From positions 1-55,875 of the forward strand of contig JBBSWH010000002.1 of NCBI GenBank assembly GCA_038046385.1: a DNA stretch of 55,875 nt, written 5' to 3'. This stretch comes from Nanobdellota archaeon (GTDB lineage: Archaea > Nanobdellota > Nanobdellia > Woesearchaeales > GW2011-AR4). A program made the translations under genes and the position numbers. Below are positions 26,639-35,753 of this stretch, piece after piece (the first letter of the stretch is position 1; each line of letters starts with the position of its first letter). A model generated the notes under the pieces. The model made no database searches and was not told where the DNA came from. It saw only the letters and a list, made by a program, of their open reading frames with translations.

Positions 26639-28153
26639 TCAAATTATAAGGCTTTTTTCCATGTCTTTTGGCTTCTTGATATGCAATAAATCAAGCATGG
26701 TTGGCGCAATGTTTGAAAGCATTCCAGACGGTTTTAATTTCACTTTTAATTTGTTTCCTACAAGAATAAAAGGAACTTTATTGGTTGTATGTGCTGTGTT
26801 GGGGCTGCCGTCATCTTCTGTTATTTTCTCGCAGTTTCCATGGTCTGAAGTCACAATCGCAATTCCGTTATTCTGAAGCACTTTCTGCACAATCCTGCCC
26901 ATGCATTCATCGGCAATCTTGCACGCCTTTATTATTGCAGTTTTTACGCCAGTATGCCCGACCATATCGCTGTTTGCAAAATTGCATATAATGACATCAT
27001 ATTTGTTAAGATTTTTGATTACAGCATCAGTTATTTCATAGGCCTTCATTTCAGGCGCATAGTCGTAAGTCGGGACTTTTTTGTTTGACGGCACTAAAAT
27101 CCTGTCTTCTCCTTTGTAAGGCTTTTCGACCAGACCGTTAAAAAAGAAAGTCACATGCGCATATTTCTCTGTTTCCGCCACCCTAAGCTGTTTTAGTTTG
27201 TGCTTGCTTAATATCCTTGGAAAATCTCCGCCCATGTTGATTGGCTTGAAGGCAACTTTTGCGTTAACATCAGTATAATATTCTGTCATGCATACATATG
27301 TTATTTTTTTATTATTCCTTTTGAATCCCTTAAATTTCTCGTCTGTAAAAGCCTTTGTTATCTGCCTTGCCCTGTCCCATCTAAAATTGTAGAATATGAT
27401 TGCATCATTGCTGTTCATGCCATTATAACCGTCAATTGCAACCGGCTTTATGAATTCATCAGTTATTCCCGTTTTATGGGACTCTTTTATTGCCGCAAGC
27501 GGATTATTGGATATTCTGCCTTTGCCGCTGTTCAATAAATCATATGCAAGCTGTGTCCTTTTCCATCGCTTGTCGCGGTCCATTGCATAATACCTTCCGA
27601 TTATTGTAGCGATGTATCCTATCCCTATTTCTTTTATTTCTGTCTGCAGCCTTTTTACAAATCCTTCAGAAGAATTCGGCAGCGTATCTCTGCCGTCTGT
27701 AAAAACATGTATTGCAACCTTGTCTTTTTTCATGCCCATTCGCTTGGCAAACTTCATAAGTGCAAACAAATGCTCCTGATGCGCATGCACTCCCTGATCC
27801 TGAAGAAGCCCCATAAGATGCAGCGTGCTACCGTGTTTCTTGCAGCTGTTTATTGTTTCAAGAAATTCCTTGTTTTTAAAAAAATCACCATCTTTTATCG
27901 AATTGTTAATCCTTACAAGCGATTGGTAAACTACCTTTCCTGCGCCTATGTTCAAATGACCGACTTCGCTTGTGCCCTGATTTCCCTTGGGCAGGCCAAC
28001 ATGCTCCCCTGATGCATGAAGCTGTGTGTGCGGGTATTTTTTCCATAAATTGTCTATATTTATTGTTTTGGCAAGGTAAGGTCCGCTCCTGCTTTTATCA
28101 GAAGTCATTCCCCATCCGTCCAGTATTATAAGAACTAAAGGCTTGCTATGCAT
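26639..28153 (-). CDS. gpmI: 2,3-BPG-independent phosphoglycerate mutase
   Basis: LIILDGWG, SEVGH, DGRD, GRYYAMDRD, ETEKYAHVT, DMVGHTG and SDHGN motifs. Confidence 0.96.
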   Translation of the reverse strand: MHSKPLVLIILDGWGMTSDKSRSGPYLAKTINIDNLWKKYPHTQLHASGEHVGLPKGNQGTSEVGHLNIGAGKVVYQSLVRINNSIKDGDFFKNKEFLETINSCKKHGSTLHLMGLLQDQGVHAHQEHLFALMKFAKRMGMKKDKVAIHVFTDGRDTLPNSSEGFVKRLQTEIKEIGIGYIATIIGRYYAMDRDKRWKRTQLAYDLLNSGKGRISNNPLAAIKESHKTGITDEFIKPVAIDGYNGMNSNDAIIFYNFRWDRARQITKAFTDEKFKGFKRNNKKITYVCMTEYYTDVNAKVAFKPINMGGDFPRILSKHKLKQLRVAETEKYAHVTFFFNGLVEKPYKGEDRILVPSNKKVPTYDYAPEMKAYEITDAVIKNLNKYDVIICNFANSDMVGHTGVKTAIIKACKIADECMGRIVQKVLQNNGIAIVTSDHGNCEKITEDDGSPNTAHTTNKVPFILVGNKLKVKLKPSGMLSNIAPTMLDLLHIKKPKDMEKSLII

Positions 28154-28154
28154 T

Positions 28155-29423
28155 TTAAATTCCAAAATCCGCTTTATTTCCTAATTCTTCTTCTATTCTT
28201 AACAATTGATTGTACTTTGCAATGCGCTCGCTTCTCGCAGGAGCGCCAAACTTGCTCTGGCCAGCTCCAAGCCCGACAACAAGGTCTGCAATGAACGAAT
28301 CTTCTGTCTCCCCGCTCCTGTGAGAAACGACGACATTCCATTTGTTCTTGAATGATAAGTTTGCCGCGTCAATTGATTCTGTTACGGTTCCAATCTGGTT
28401 TACTTTAAGCAATAATGCATTGCATGATTTTTTTGCTGTTGCCATTTGCATTCTTTTCATGTTTGTAACAAGCAGATCATCGCCCACAATCTGTATCTTG
28501 TTTCCAATTGATTTGTTCATCATGCTCCATCCTTCAAAATCGTCCTGAGAAAACCCGTCTTCTATCGAGATTATTGGAAATTTTGCTGAAAGTGATTTGT
28601 AAAAGTCAACAAGCTCGCCTTTGCTGTATGTTTTTCCCATTATTGTGTATTTGTCATTTTTCTCGTCGTAAAACTCAGATGCTGCGCAGTCCAGCGCGAG
28701 CTTTATTTTGCCTTCATAGCCTGCTTCTTTTATCGCACCCACCATGAACTCAAGCCTTTGCTCAACGCTTTCTATTAGCGGCGCAAATCCGCCCTCATCT
28801 CCAAGCAATATTGCCTTTGCACCGTATTTTTTCTTGAGCATTGATTTCAGAACATGATAAGTTTCGGTTCCTGCCCTAAAAGATTCCTTAAAAGTCTTAA
28901 ATCCAGTTGGCATGAGCATGTGTTCCTGTATGTCATTTTCAACACCGGCATGTTTTCCGCTGTTTATCACATTAAGCTGCGGCACAGGCAGTTTCATTTT
29001 TTTAGAATTTGACAGTTTGTGTAAATAAGAATAAAGCGGCATTCCGGAACATGAAGCACCAGCAACGCAGGAAGCCATTGAAACCGCAAGGATTGCGTTT
29101 GCTCCGAGATTTGATTTGTGTTCTGTTCCGTCCAGTTCTAGCATTATCCCGTCTATCTCCTTTTGGTCTGTGCAGTCCATCCCGACAATTTTTTTAGAAA
29201 TAATGTTGTTTGCATTGTTTACAGCTTTAAGAACGCCTTTTCCATCGTATCTTTTTTTGTCGCCGTCCCTTAGCTCAAGCGCCTCATGAATTCCTGTTGA
29301 AGCACCAGAAGGCACTATTGCCCGAAAGCCATTTTTACCAATAAAAACATCTGCTTCCACCGTAGGATTGCCTCTAGAATCAAGAACTTCCCTTGCAGTT
29401 ATCTTCGTTATTTTAGTGTTCAA
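28155..29423 (-). CDS. eno: Enolase
   Basis: DSRGNPTVE, PSGASTG, GDEGGFAP, KVNQIG and SHRSGETED; likely TTG start after GGGTGG. Confidence 0.97.
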   Translation of the reverse strand: MNTKITKITAREVLDSRGNPTVEADVFIGKNGFRAIVPSGASTGIHEALELRDGDKKRYDGKGVLKAVNNANNIISKKIVGMDCTDQKEIDGIMLELDGTEHKSNLGANAILAVSMASCVAGASCSGMPLYSYLHKLSNSKKMKLPVPQLNVINSGKHAGVENDIQEHMLMPTGFKTFKESFRAGTETYHVLKSMLKKKYGAKAILLGDEGGFAPLIESVEQRLEFMVGAIKEAGYEGKIKLALDCAASEFYDEKNDKYTIMGKTYSKGELVDFYKSLSAKFPIISIEDGFSQDDFEGWSMMNKSIGNKIQIVGDDLLVTNMKRMQMATAKKSCNALLLKVNQIGTVTESIDAANLSFKNKWNVVVSHRSGETEDSFIADLVVGLGAGQSKFGAPARSERIAKYNQLLRIEEELGNKADFGI

Positions 29424-29526
29424 AAACCCCACCCTTTTATGAATAAGCACAAAAAAACCATGTATATAAATATTTCGCATGCATCATCAAATAAGCTTTT
29501 ATATTTGCTTGTTAATAAAGCAATAA

Positions 29527-30009
29527 ATGAGGATAACAAGGGATATAAACGGAAAACTGCTTCTGTTAATCATATTCTTCCTTATCTTATTTATTGTATT
29601 CACTGTAAGCTACCAATCCACTGTCAGCAGGCTTGTCAGCAGCAGGGAAAACAGCATTGATGATGTCACGATGATGTCAATACTTGAAAAAATCAACAAG
29701 TCCAATCAGGGAAAGGAATCTGCGCTGATTGACAAAATTGTTCTTGAGGAAAAATACAACCAGGTTCTTGAGGAAAAACAGGCTCTTGAAGAAGAAAAAA
29801 AGAGCCTGCAGGATGAAATTGTAATGTTGAAATCAGAAATTGAATATAATCAGGTAAGAGTTGACGGCCCTCTTGCAGGCTTCAGGAACATACAGGACAA
29901 GAACCAGCAGATACAGGATTTAAAAAATGAGATAGATGTTCTTTGCGCAAAATTAAAAGACAACAATATCCAAAGCAAGGAGTGCATAATAGCAGAGATA
30001 ACAAATTAA
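29527..30009 (+). CDS. Membrane-anchored coiled-coil protein (paralog of 44598..45080)
   Basis: RDIN..LLLLI..F..FTV.YQ N-terminus, then heptad repeats. Confidence 0.75.
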   Translation: MRITRDINGKLLLLIIFFLILFIVFTVSYQSTVSRLVSSRENSIDDVTMMSILEKINKSNQGKESALIDKIVLEEKYNQVLEEKQALEEEKKSLQDEIVMLKSEIEYNQVRVDGPLAGFRNIQDKNQQIQDLKNEIDVLCAKLKDNNIQSKECIIAEITN

Positions 30010-30062
30010 AAGCAAGTATTTCAATAGAAAGGTTTTAATTCTAAAGCGTATTCCAAGGGTAG

Positions 30063-30335
30063 ATGAAATGGGATAATCCTAATCTGGAATCGTTAGTAAT
30101 TGGTTTGATTGACCTAGCTGATTTTCTGAGGCTCTACAGACAAGAAATCCCGCAAATACTGGAATAGCCGATTTGATTGTATCTCACGCAAAATTCTAGA
30201 GGATAAGATGGAATGGGTATCCATATCCTATATAAATCGATTTTACCTTCAGGAGTATCGGGATTTAATAAACAAGGGAAATCTCAAAGAAGCAAAGAAA
30301 CAAGCCTATAATCTGCTGCGCTACATTCGTGATTA
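30063..30335 (+). pseudogene. Possible frameshifted small accessory gene
   Basis: BRE/TATA-like AGAAAGGTTTTAA, then MKWDNPNLESLV.. and, in another frame, ..MEWVSISYINRFYLQEYRDL..IRD*. Confidence 0.35.
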
Positions 30336-31133
30336 ACCTATATAATCAATGTCTTTGCCTAATTTCTTCTGCAGCTTCTTCAGGGCAATTGTCTTCGACA
30401 CTTCGCTGAACTGCTCGGATTTCTTCAGGACTTCATTTTCTATGTCTTTTATTTCCTTGTCGAGCTTGTTTATATCAAGCTTTAGCTTTAAGTGGCTGTT
30501 TAAAACTTTAAGAATTTCTTTTGCGCCTTTTATTCCAAGGTACATTGGATGCCCGTAAGTTTCCGCCAAAAGGGAGACTGCATCTATTTTTCTTCTTGTT
30601 GACAGTCCGACAAGCAGTCCAGATACGCCTATTATCGGGCCAACGACGCCATAAAGCTCGTTGCTCGTCATGTCGCTCTTGTATCTGGATATTACTTCTT
30701 TAGAATTTCCTGTGCAGTATATCTTGGGCTTTTTCGGTATGTCATTCAACCCGATTCCGCCAAGCGTGACAACTTCTTTCCAGTTGAATTTTTCAACTAT
30801 ATCAAGCACTTTTTCGGAGAATTCGTAAGAGCTTATTTCATCAACCGGCTGAACGTCTCCCCCTAAAAGTATAAGGTCGTTCTTGCCATTCATCTGCTTG
30901 TAAAAAACCTCTACAATAGGAAGCTCCACAAGGTTATCTTCATTGACAAAAACAGAATGAGGAAAAGTATAAGATGTGATTTCAAAAATTTTCTTTGCCT
31001 TCAGTTCATCTATGAGAAAGTCAACAGCGAGTTTCCCGACATTCCCTATTCCCGGAAGCCCTTCTATAAAAACCGGCTTTTTCAGCTTTGGCATCTTGCC
31101 AAACTGCTCAATTCTCCAGTAATCGTCCCTCAT
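30333..31133 (-). CDS. PAC2-family proteasome assembly chaperone
   Basis: FIEGLPGIGNVGKLA, GDVQP, VTLGG, GPIIGVSGLL. Confidence 0.92.
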   Translation of the reverse strand: MRDDYWRIEQFGKMPKLKKPVFIEGLPGIGNVGKLAVDFLIDELKAKKIFEITSYTFPHSVFVNEDNLVELPIVEVFYKQMNGKNDLILLGGDVQPVDEISSYEFSEKVLDIVEKFNWKEVVTLGGIGLNDIPKKPKIYCTGNSKEVISRYKSDMTSNELYGVVGPIIGVSGLLVGLSTRRKIDAVSLLAETYGHPMYLGIKGAKEILKVLNSHLKLKLDINKLDKEIKDIENEVLKKSEQFSEVSKTIALKKLQKKLGKDIDYIG

Positions 31134-31303
31134 GCCAAGCCTCTTTTTTCATAATCTTCATGCATCACTTTTCTTCTGTAGGATGCGAACTTGTCCAAAG
31201 GAGAGTATTTCATTGGTTTTGGAGAAAGCGCCTTTGCGCCGCATTTGCAAACGCTGTTCATTGTGTAATTATTGCACAATGTGCATTTCATTATGTGCTT
31301 CAT
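31130..31303 (-). CDS. nop10: H/ACA RNP protein Nop10 (57 aa, not in the ORF track)
   Basis: MKHIMKCTLCNNYTM..CKCG..PKPMKYSPLDKFASYRR; ATGA overlaps on both sides; canonical position after aIF2-alpha. Confidence 0.92.
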   Translation of the reverse strand: MKHIMKCTLCNNYTMNSVCKCGAKALSPKPMKYSPLDKFASYRRKVMHEDYEKRGLA

Positions 31304-32082
31304 TCGCCTTCCCTTGTAAGCTCTGCAGTCCCTGCATGCTTTTCAACATAGCTTATGGCAGCATCTGATGCTTTTTCCATTATCTTCTCTGCTTCCTTGT
31401 AATCATTCCCTTTTATGATAAGATGGTATGTTCCGGATCCAAGGTAGCTTATGCTTATGCTGTCTTTCCCAGCTTCCTGCGCTTTTTTCAGTGATTCTCG
31501 TATGACATTTATGCCGTCAGAATCGTATGTTGTCATCTTTAGCTTGCTTCTTATCTCTATTTCTGTTGGCTTTATTCTTATTGCTATTATTTCCCCAAGA
31601 ATTTTTGACTGCTTCTTGTCTATGCTGAACTCATCCAGGATATTCTGGTCTTTTGAAACATCGTCGAAGAAATCCTTTAATGCAGTGTATTTGCTGTTTA
31701 TTTTCTCGAATACGCTCTTGTAAAGATCTTCTGTTTTCAGTCCCAGTTTTAAAGCTGCAATTTCTACAATTTTCTCTGCGTTCTGCTCTCTCTTTATGGA
31801 ATCTATTTTTCTTCTCTTTTCTGATTCATTTACTCTCCTTAATGAAAGGTCAATATATCCCTTTTCTTCATTGACCCTTAAGACCTTGCAGACTACCTTC
31901 TTGCCTTCCTTGACAAAGTCCCTTATGTTCCTTATTCTTCCGGGAGAAACCTCAGAAATGTGTATTAAACCAGACCTTCCATACTCTTCAATGTCTACAA
32001 TGACAGAATGGTATTGAACGCTTGTAACAGTACAAAGAACTAGCTCCGACTCTTCCGGAAACCCCTGCTTTTTAAACAGCAT
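31300..32082 (-). CDS. Translation initiation factor aIF2 alpha
   Basis: S1 domain with GLIHISEVSPGRIRNIRD..KVLRV..GYIDLSLRRV. Confidence 0.95.
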   Translation of the reverse strand: MLFKKQGFPEESELVLCTVTSVQYHSVIVDIEEYGRSGLIHISEVSPGRIRNIRDFVKEGKKVVCKVLRVNEEKGYIDLSLRRVNESEKRRKIDSIKREQNAEKIVEIAALKLGLKTEDLYKSVFEKINSKYTALKDFFDDVSKDQNILDEFSIDKKQSKILGEIIAIRIKPTEIEIRSKLKMTTYDSDGINVIRESLKKAQEAGKDSISISYLGSGTYHLIIKGNDYKEAEKIMEKASDAAISYVEKHAGTAELTREGE

Positions 32083-32084
32083 TT

Positions 32085-32270
32085 TTACTCGAGCACTTCA
32101 AGTATCCTTGCTTTTACCCTGCTCTTTCCGCCTGTAGGCTCTGCAAGTACCTTGTCGCAGACTAAACAGACTACCTTTGAAGCAGTCTTGCCGAATGTTA
32201 TCTGTTCGTTCTTGCATTTAGGGCACCTTATCTTGATAAATTTGCTTGTAGATTCTCTTATTTTTGGCAT
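32085..32270 (-). CDS. rps27e: 30S ribosomal protein S27e
   Basis: SKFIKIRCPKCKNEQ..CLVC..LAEPTGGK. Confidence 0.96.
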   Translation of the reverse strand: MPKIRESTSKFIKIRCPKCKNEQITFGKTASKVVCLVCDKVLAEPTGGKSRVKARILEVLE

Positions 32271-32348
32271 TTTGAAACCCCCTTGTTATTAGCTGGTGTA
32301 ATTTTTATTGATTTATAAAGCTTGTTATTAAGATTAAAAAAGAAAGCC

Positions 32349-32657
32349 TTACTTAAACTCAATCTTCTTGGCCCTGAAACCCTGTCTTTGAAGGTGTATC
32401 TTCTTGCAGACCTTGCACTCGTATCTTAAGTCTGTCTTCTTGGTGGATTTCTTGCCTGTCATCTTGAACTTTGAGATTGCTGGCTTTGAATAACGGCCCA
32501 TGTTGCCCTTGCCCCTTGCCTGGCCTCTTTTTCGGGCTCTTACCTTCGAACCATAGGTCATGCTAGAAGGGTTTTTCTTCTTTGTAAGTGAAACAGTATG
32601 ATCCTGATGCTTCTTGCAGTACGGGCAATACCTCTTCTTGTTCTTCGGCATTTTCAT
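32349..32657 (-). CDS. rpl44e: 50S ribosomal protein L44e
   Basis: MKMPK..YCPYCKKH..KSTKKTDLRYECKVC. Confidence 0.95.
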   Translation of the reverse strand: MKMPKNKKRYCPYCKKHQDHTVSLTKKKNPSSMTYGSKVRARKRGQARGKGNMGRYSKPAISKFKMTGKKSTKKTDLRYECKVCKKIHLQRQGFRAKKIEFK

Positions 32658-32807
32658 AGATAAAAGGATAAGTATTTCATTTAAAAAGGTTTCGAAGAAA
32701 CACGATGAACTGAAGATAGATTTACTTGAAAAGTTGGGGGCAGAAATCATAAGATTTATATATTTAAACATATTGCACAGGTTTACACATAATTGGAGGC
32801 AGAGAAC

Positions 32808-33032
32808 ATGACAACTATGACTTTGGCAGTTCCATCAGAACTGAAACATAAAATGGAAACATTTCCTGAGATGAATTGGTCTGAAGTAGCCAGACAAGCA
32901 TTTATGCAAAGAATAAAAGATTTAGAATTTTTAAAGAAATTCAAGTCTGACAGCACTCTGACAGAAGAAGATGCATTAAGATTAGGAAGGGAGTTAAACA
33001 AAAATTTGGCTAAGAGATACAAAAAGGCTTAA
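32808..33032 (+). CDS. VapB-like RHH antitoxin
   Basis: MTLAVPSELKHKM..NWSEVARQA; GGAGG RBS; directly upstream of the PIN gene. Confidence 0.85.
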   Translation: MTTMTLAVPSELKHKMETFPEMNWSEVARQAFMQRIKDLEFLKKFKSDSTLTEEDALRLGRELNKNLAKRYKKA

Positions 33033-33034
33033 TC

Positions 33035-33433
33035 ATGGATTTAGTGATAGATTCAAATATTCTTTTTGCTGCTTTGCTAAAAGATAGCGGAACTTCTGAT
33101 ATTTTGTTTAAGCATAAACTCTATGCACCTGAATTTATTTTTGTTGAGTTCAGAAAATACAAAGATTATCTGAAGGATAAAACCAAAAGAACTGAAGAAA
33201 ATTTTAATGAACTTTTTGATTTATTTGAACGAAATGTTATATTGATTCCAAAAGAAGAAATTGAACCCTTCATTGAAAAAGCAGAAAAGATTTCCCCAGA
33301 TGCGAAAGATGTTCCTTATTTGGCTCTTGCTTTGAAATTGAGATGCGGTTTGTGGAGCAATGATGGGGATTTAAAAGAAAAGCAAAATACCATTCGAGTT
33401 TATTCTACGGAAGAATTGATTGGGATTAATTAA
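33035..33433 (+). CDS. PIN-domain VapC-like toxin
   Basis: LVIDSNIL, E, DAKDVPYLALAL and LWSND acidic residues. Confidence 0.9.
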   Translation: MDLVIDSNILFAALLKDSGTSDILFKHKLYAPEFIFVEFRKYKDYLKDKTKRTEENFNELFDLFERNVILIPKEEIEPFIEKAEKISPDAKDVPYLALALKLRCGLWSNDGDLKEKQNTIRVYSTEELIGIN

Positions 33434-33467
33434 TTCGCTTTAATTGAAATAGAATAATTAATTATTT

Positions 33468-34097
33468 CTATTCTTCCTTCATCTCTTCTGCCTTGCTTTT
33501 GTTAATCAGGATATCAGCAATTTCAATCGGCAAGTTTGCAATATCTTCCTCTTCAAAAGGGCCGTATTCTTCCAATTCAGTCCCTACGAATTTAGGAACG
33601 TGGCCGGTAAAGCGAATCAATTTAGTATTCTTAACCTCAACCGGCTTAACTTCTTCTTTCTGTTTCTTGTATTCAAACCCCTGCAAAAAGGGAATGCGTT
33701 CATTCAAAACAGCAAGAAGAATCTGCTCCCTGTAAGTATCCAATAAAGCAGTTAACGTGTCAAAAAACACCCTTTCTTCTTTAAGCAGCACAGAAGTGTC
33801 AATCAGATTTGATTGCGTCCTGCTCCTGTCCATTGCCATTGTGATAATCTTCTTTTCTCTCCTGCCATATAATTCCTTGATTATCTTGTAGATGTTATCC
33901 AGCTGTCTTTCTGTCTTCTTTATCTCTTCGTTTGCAAAAGGCGAGTCTGTTTTAGCCTCAAGTATCTTTTTCTTCTCTTTTATGTAAGAAATCGTGTCGT
34001 TAAAGAAGGATGGCTCTAGTTTCTGCAAGTCAGCTCTGTCTTTTTCTCGCTGCAAAAGCTCGAATAAGGTCTCGTATGTAATAACAACTTCCTGCAT
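33468..34097 (-). CDS. GINS complex subunit (Gins15/51-type)
   Basis: LQKLEPSFF, RREKKII, EER..F, VPKFVG..YGPF..DIANLP..ADILI; adjacent to the L44e cluster. Confidence 0.85.
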   Translation of the reverse strand: MQEVVITYETLFELLQREKDRADLQKLEPSFFNDTISYIKEKKKILEAKTDSPFANEEIKKTERQLDNIYKIIKELYGRREKKIITMAMDRSRTQSNLIDTSVLLKEERVFFDTLTALLDTYREQILLAVLNERIPFLQGFEYKKQKEEVKPVEVKNTKLIRFTGHVPKFVGTELEEYGPFEEEDIANLPIEIADILINKSKAEEMKEE

Positions 34098-34164
34098 TGG
34101 TTACCCCCAGTACAAGCTTATAGAGAAGTGTTTAAATAAGTTTTCATTGAGGTAGTATTTAGTA

Positions 34165-34250
34165 GCGACGTGGCGTGCAGCGAGCCGGGGGCAGTCCCTT
34201 ACGGGGTGGCGAGCAGGGCAAAGTCGCAACTTTGACCGTCGCACCGCCAT
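34165..34250. repeat. GC-rich branched hairpin in divergent intergenic region
   Basis: TGGCG..CGCCA outer stem, GCGAGCC..GGCGAGC module, CAAAGT-CGCA-ACTTTG. Confidence 0.55.
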
Positions 34251-34331
34251 AGTTAGCATTTCATTTTTTAAATGAAATTCTTCAAACTATTCTTAGATAG
34301 CTTTTTAAAAGAAAATTCCATACTAGGAAGA

Positions 34332-35558
34332 ATGGCAGAGCTTGTTTTCAAAGACTTAAGTTTTGAGAAGGAAAAAGACAGAGTAAAGGTAAATTTCCTG
34401 AAAATGTTCTATTTCCACATAGATGAAGATGTATTAAAAAAGATAGGAAAATACGAAATAAGCAGAAATTCAATAACTTTCAACAACGTTTCAGAGTCAA
34501 GCGCAAGAAAAAAGTTTGATTTCATACTGAACAATGCCTTCAAGAGCTTAAAGAACAAACTAAGCAACAAAACAACGTATTACATTCACCAGTCATCCGG
34601 CATTCCTTTGATGGGCACAAATTACTTTGGAGTGATAGATAGGGGAACAAACATAATTGAAGTCAAGCCATTAACAAGCTGCAACATAAGCTGCATTTTC
34701 TGCTCAGTGGATGAAGGCCCAAAATCAAGAAGAAAAGTTGATTTTGTCGTCGAGAAAGACTATCTTGTGAATGAATTCAGGAAGCTTGTGGAGTTCAAGA
34801 AAAGCGACAAGATAGACGCGCACATAAACGCACAAGGTGAACCAACATTGTACGCTGAAATGATTGACCTTGTAAGGGACATAATGTCCATCAAAGGAGT
34901 AAAAACGAGTTCAATTGACACAAATGGATTACTATTGACAAAGCAGTATATTGATGAGCTTGCAGAAGCAGGACTTACAAGAATTAACTTATCGTTGCAC
35001 GCAATGGATCCTGCCAAGGCAACAGAGCTTGCAGGCCACCCTTACAATCTAGCCAAGGTCTTGGACATCGCAAGATACATTCCAACAACCAAGATGGATC
35101 TTATCATAGTGCCGGTATGGATGCCCTGCTATAACGATGAAGAGCTTCCTAAGCTGGCTAAATTCGCAAGAGAGATAGGTGCAGGCAAGCATTGCCCTCC
35201 AATAGGCATACAAAACATGCTTAACTATAAATTCGGCCGCAATCCGATAAAACAAGTCGATATGGACCAGTTTTACGCCAAAATGAGGGAATTGGAAGCA
35301 AAGTACGGCATTCCGCTGATAGTTGACAAGTATTCTTTTGAGATAGAAGACCTTCCAGAGCTGCCAAAGCCTTTCAAGAAAGGCAAGGTAGTGGAAGCAG
35401 AGATTATGCTTCCTGGCAGGCTGGGGAATGAAAAGCTGGCTGTAGCAAAGGACAGGATTATATCAATACCAAGTTGTGACAAGGAAATCGGCTCAACAGT
35501 GAAAATAAGGATAAGAAGGACTAAACATAACATATTCATGGGAGAATTGTTGGGTTAA
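34332..35558 (+). CDS. Radical SAM protein with C-terminal TRAM-like domain
   Basis: CNISCIFC, QGEP, DTNG; C-terminal VKIRIRRTKHNIF. Confidence 0.9.
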   Translation: MAELVFKDLSFEKEKDRVKVNFLKMFYFHIDEDVLKKIGKYEISRNSITFNNVSESSARKKFDFILNNAFKSLKNKLSNKTTYYIHQSSGIPLMGTNYFGVIDRGTNIIEVKPLTSCNISCIFCSVDEGPKSRRKVDFVVEKDYLVNEFRKLVEFKKSDKIDAHINAQGEPTLYAEMIDLVRDIMSIKGVKTSSIDTNGLLLTKQYIDELAEAGLTRINLSLHAMDPAKATELAGHPYNLAKVLDIARYIPTTKMDLIIVPVWMPCYNDEELPKLAKFAREIGAGKHCPPIGIQNMLNYKFGRNPIKQVDMDQFYAKMRELEAKYGIPLIVDKYSFEIEDLPELPKPFKKGKVVEAEIMLPGRLGNEKLAVAKDRIISIPSCDKEIGSTVKIRIRRTKHNIFMGELLG

Positions 35559-35603
35559 GAATTCTATAAGTTAGTTGTATTTATCTAAACTCTGTTAAGA
35601 AAG

Positions 35604-35662
35604 ATTTCAGTCCCTTCGGGACAAAGTTTAGTGCTCGCTGGCACCATAACCAGCTCGCCAAT
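35604..35662 (-). repeat. GCGAGC-hairpin element copy B
   Basis: GTCCCTTCGGGACAAAGTTTAGTGCTCGCTGGCACCATAACCAGCTCGCCAAT. Confidence 0.85.
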
Positions 35663-35706
35663 TCATTATATTCTAACTTAAAGGTTAGACTGCTTTCTAG
35701 AGTCAG

Positions 35707-35740
35707 AAAAAAATAAAAGAAAAAGAAAAAAATAAAAAAA
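35707..35740 (-). terminator. Oligo-T terminator of the S-layer gene
   Basis: Long A-rich tract on + strand just past the stop codon. Confidence 0.55.
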
Positions 35741-35753
35741 AGGTTTAAACCTT

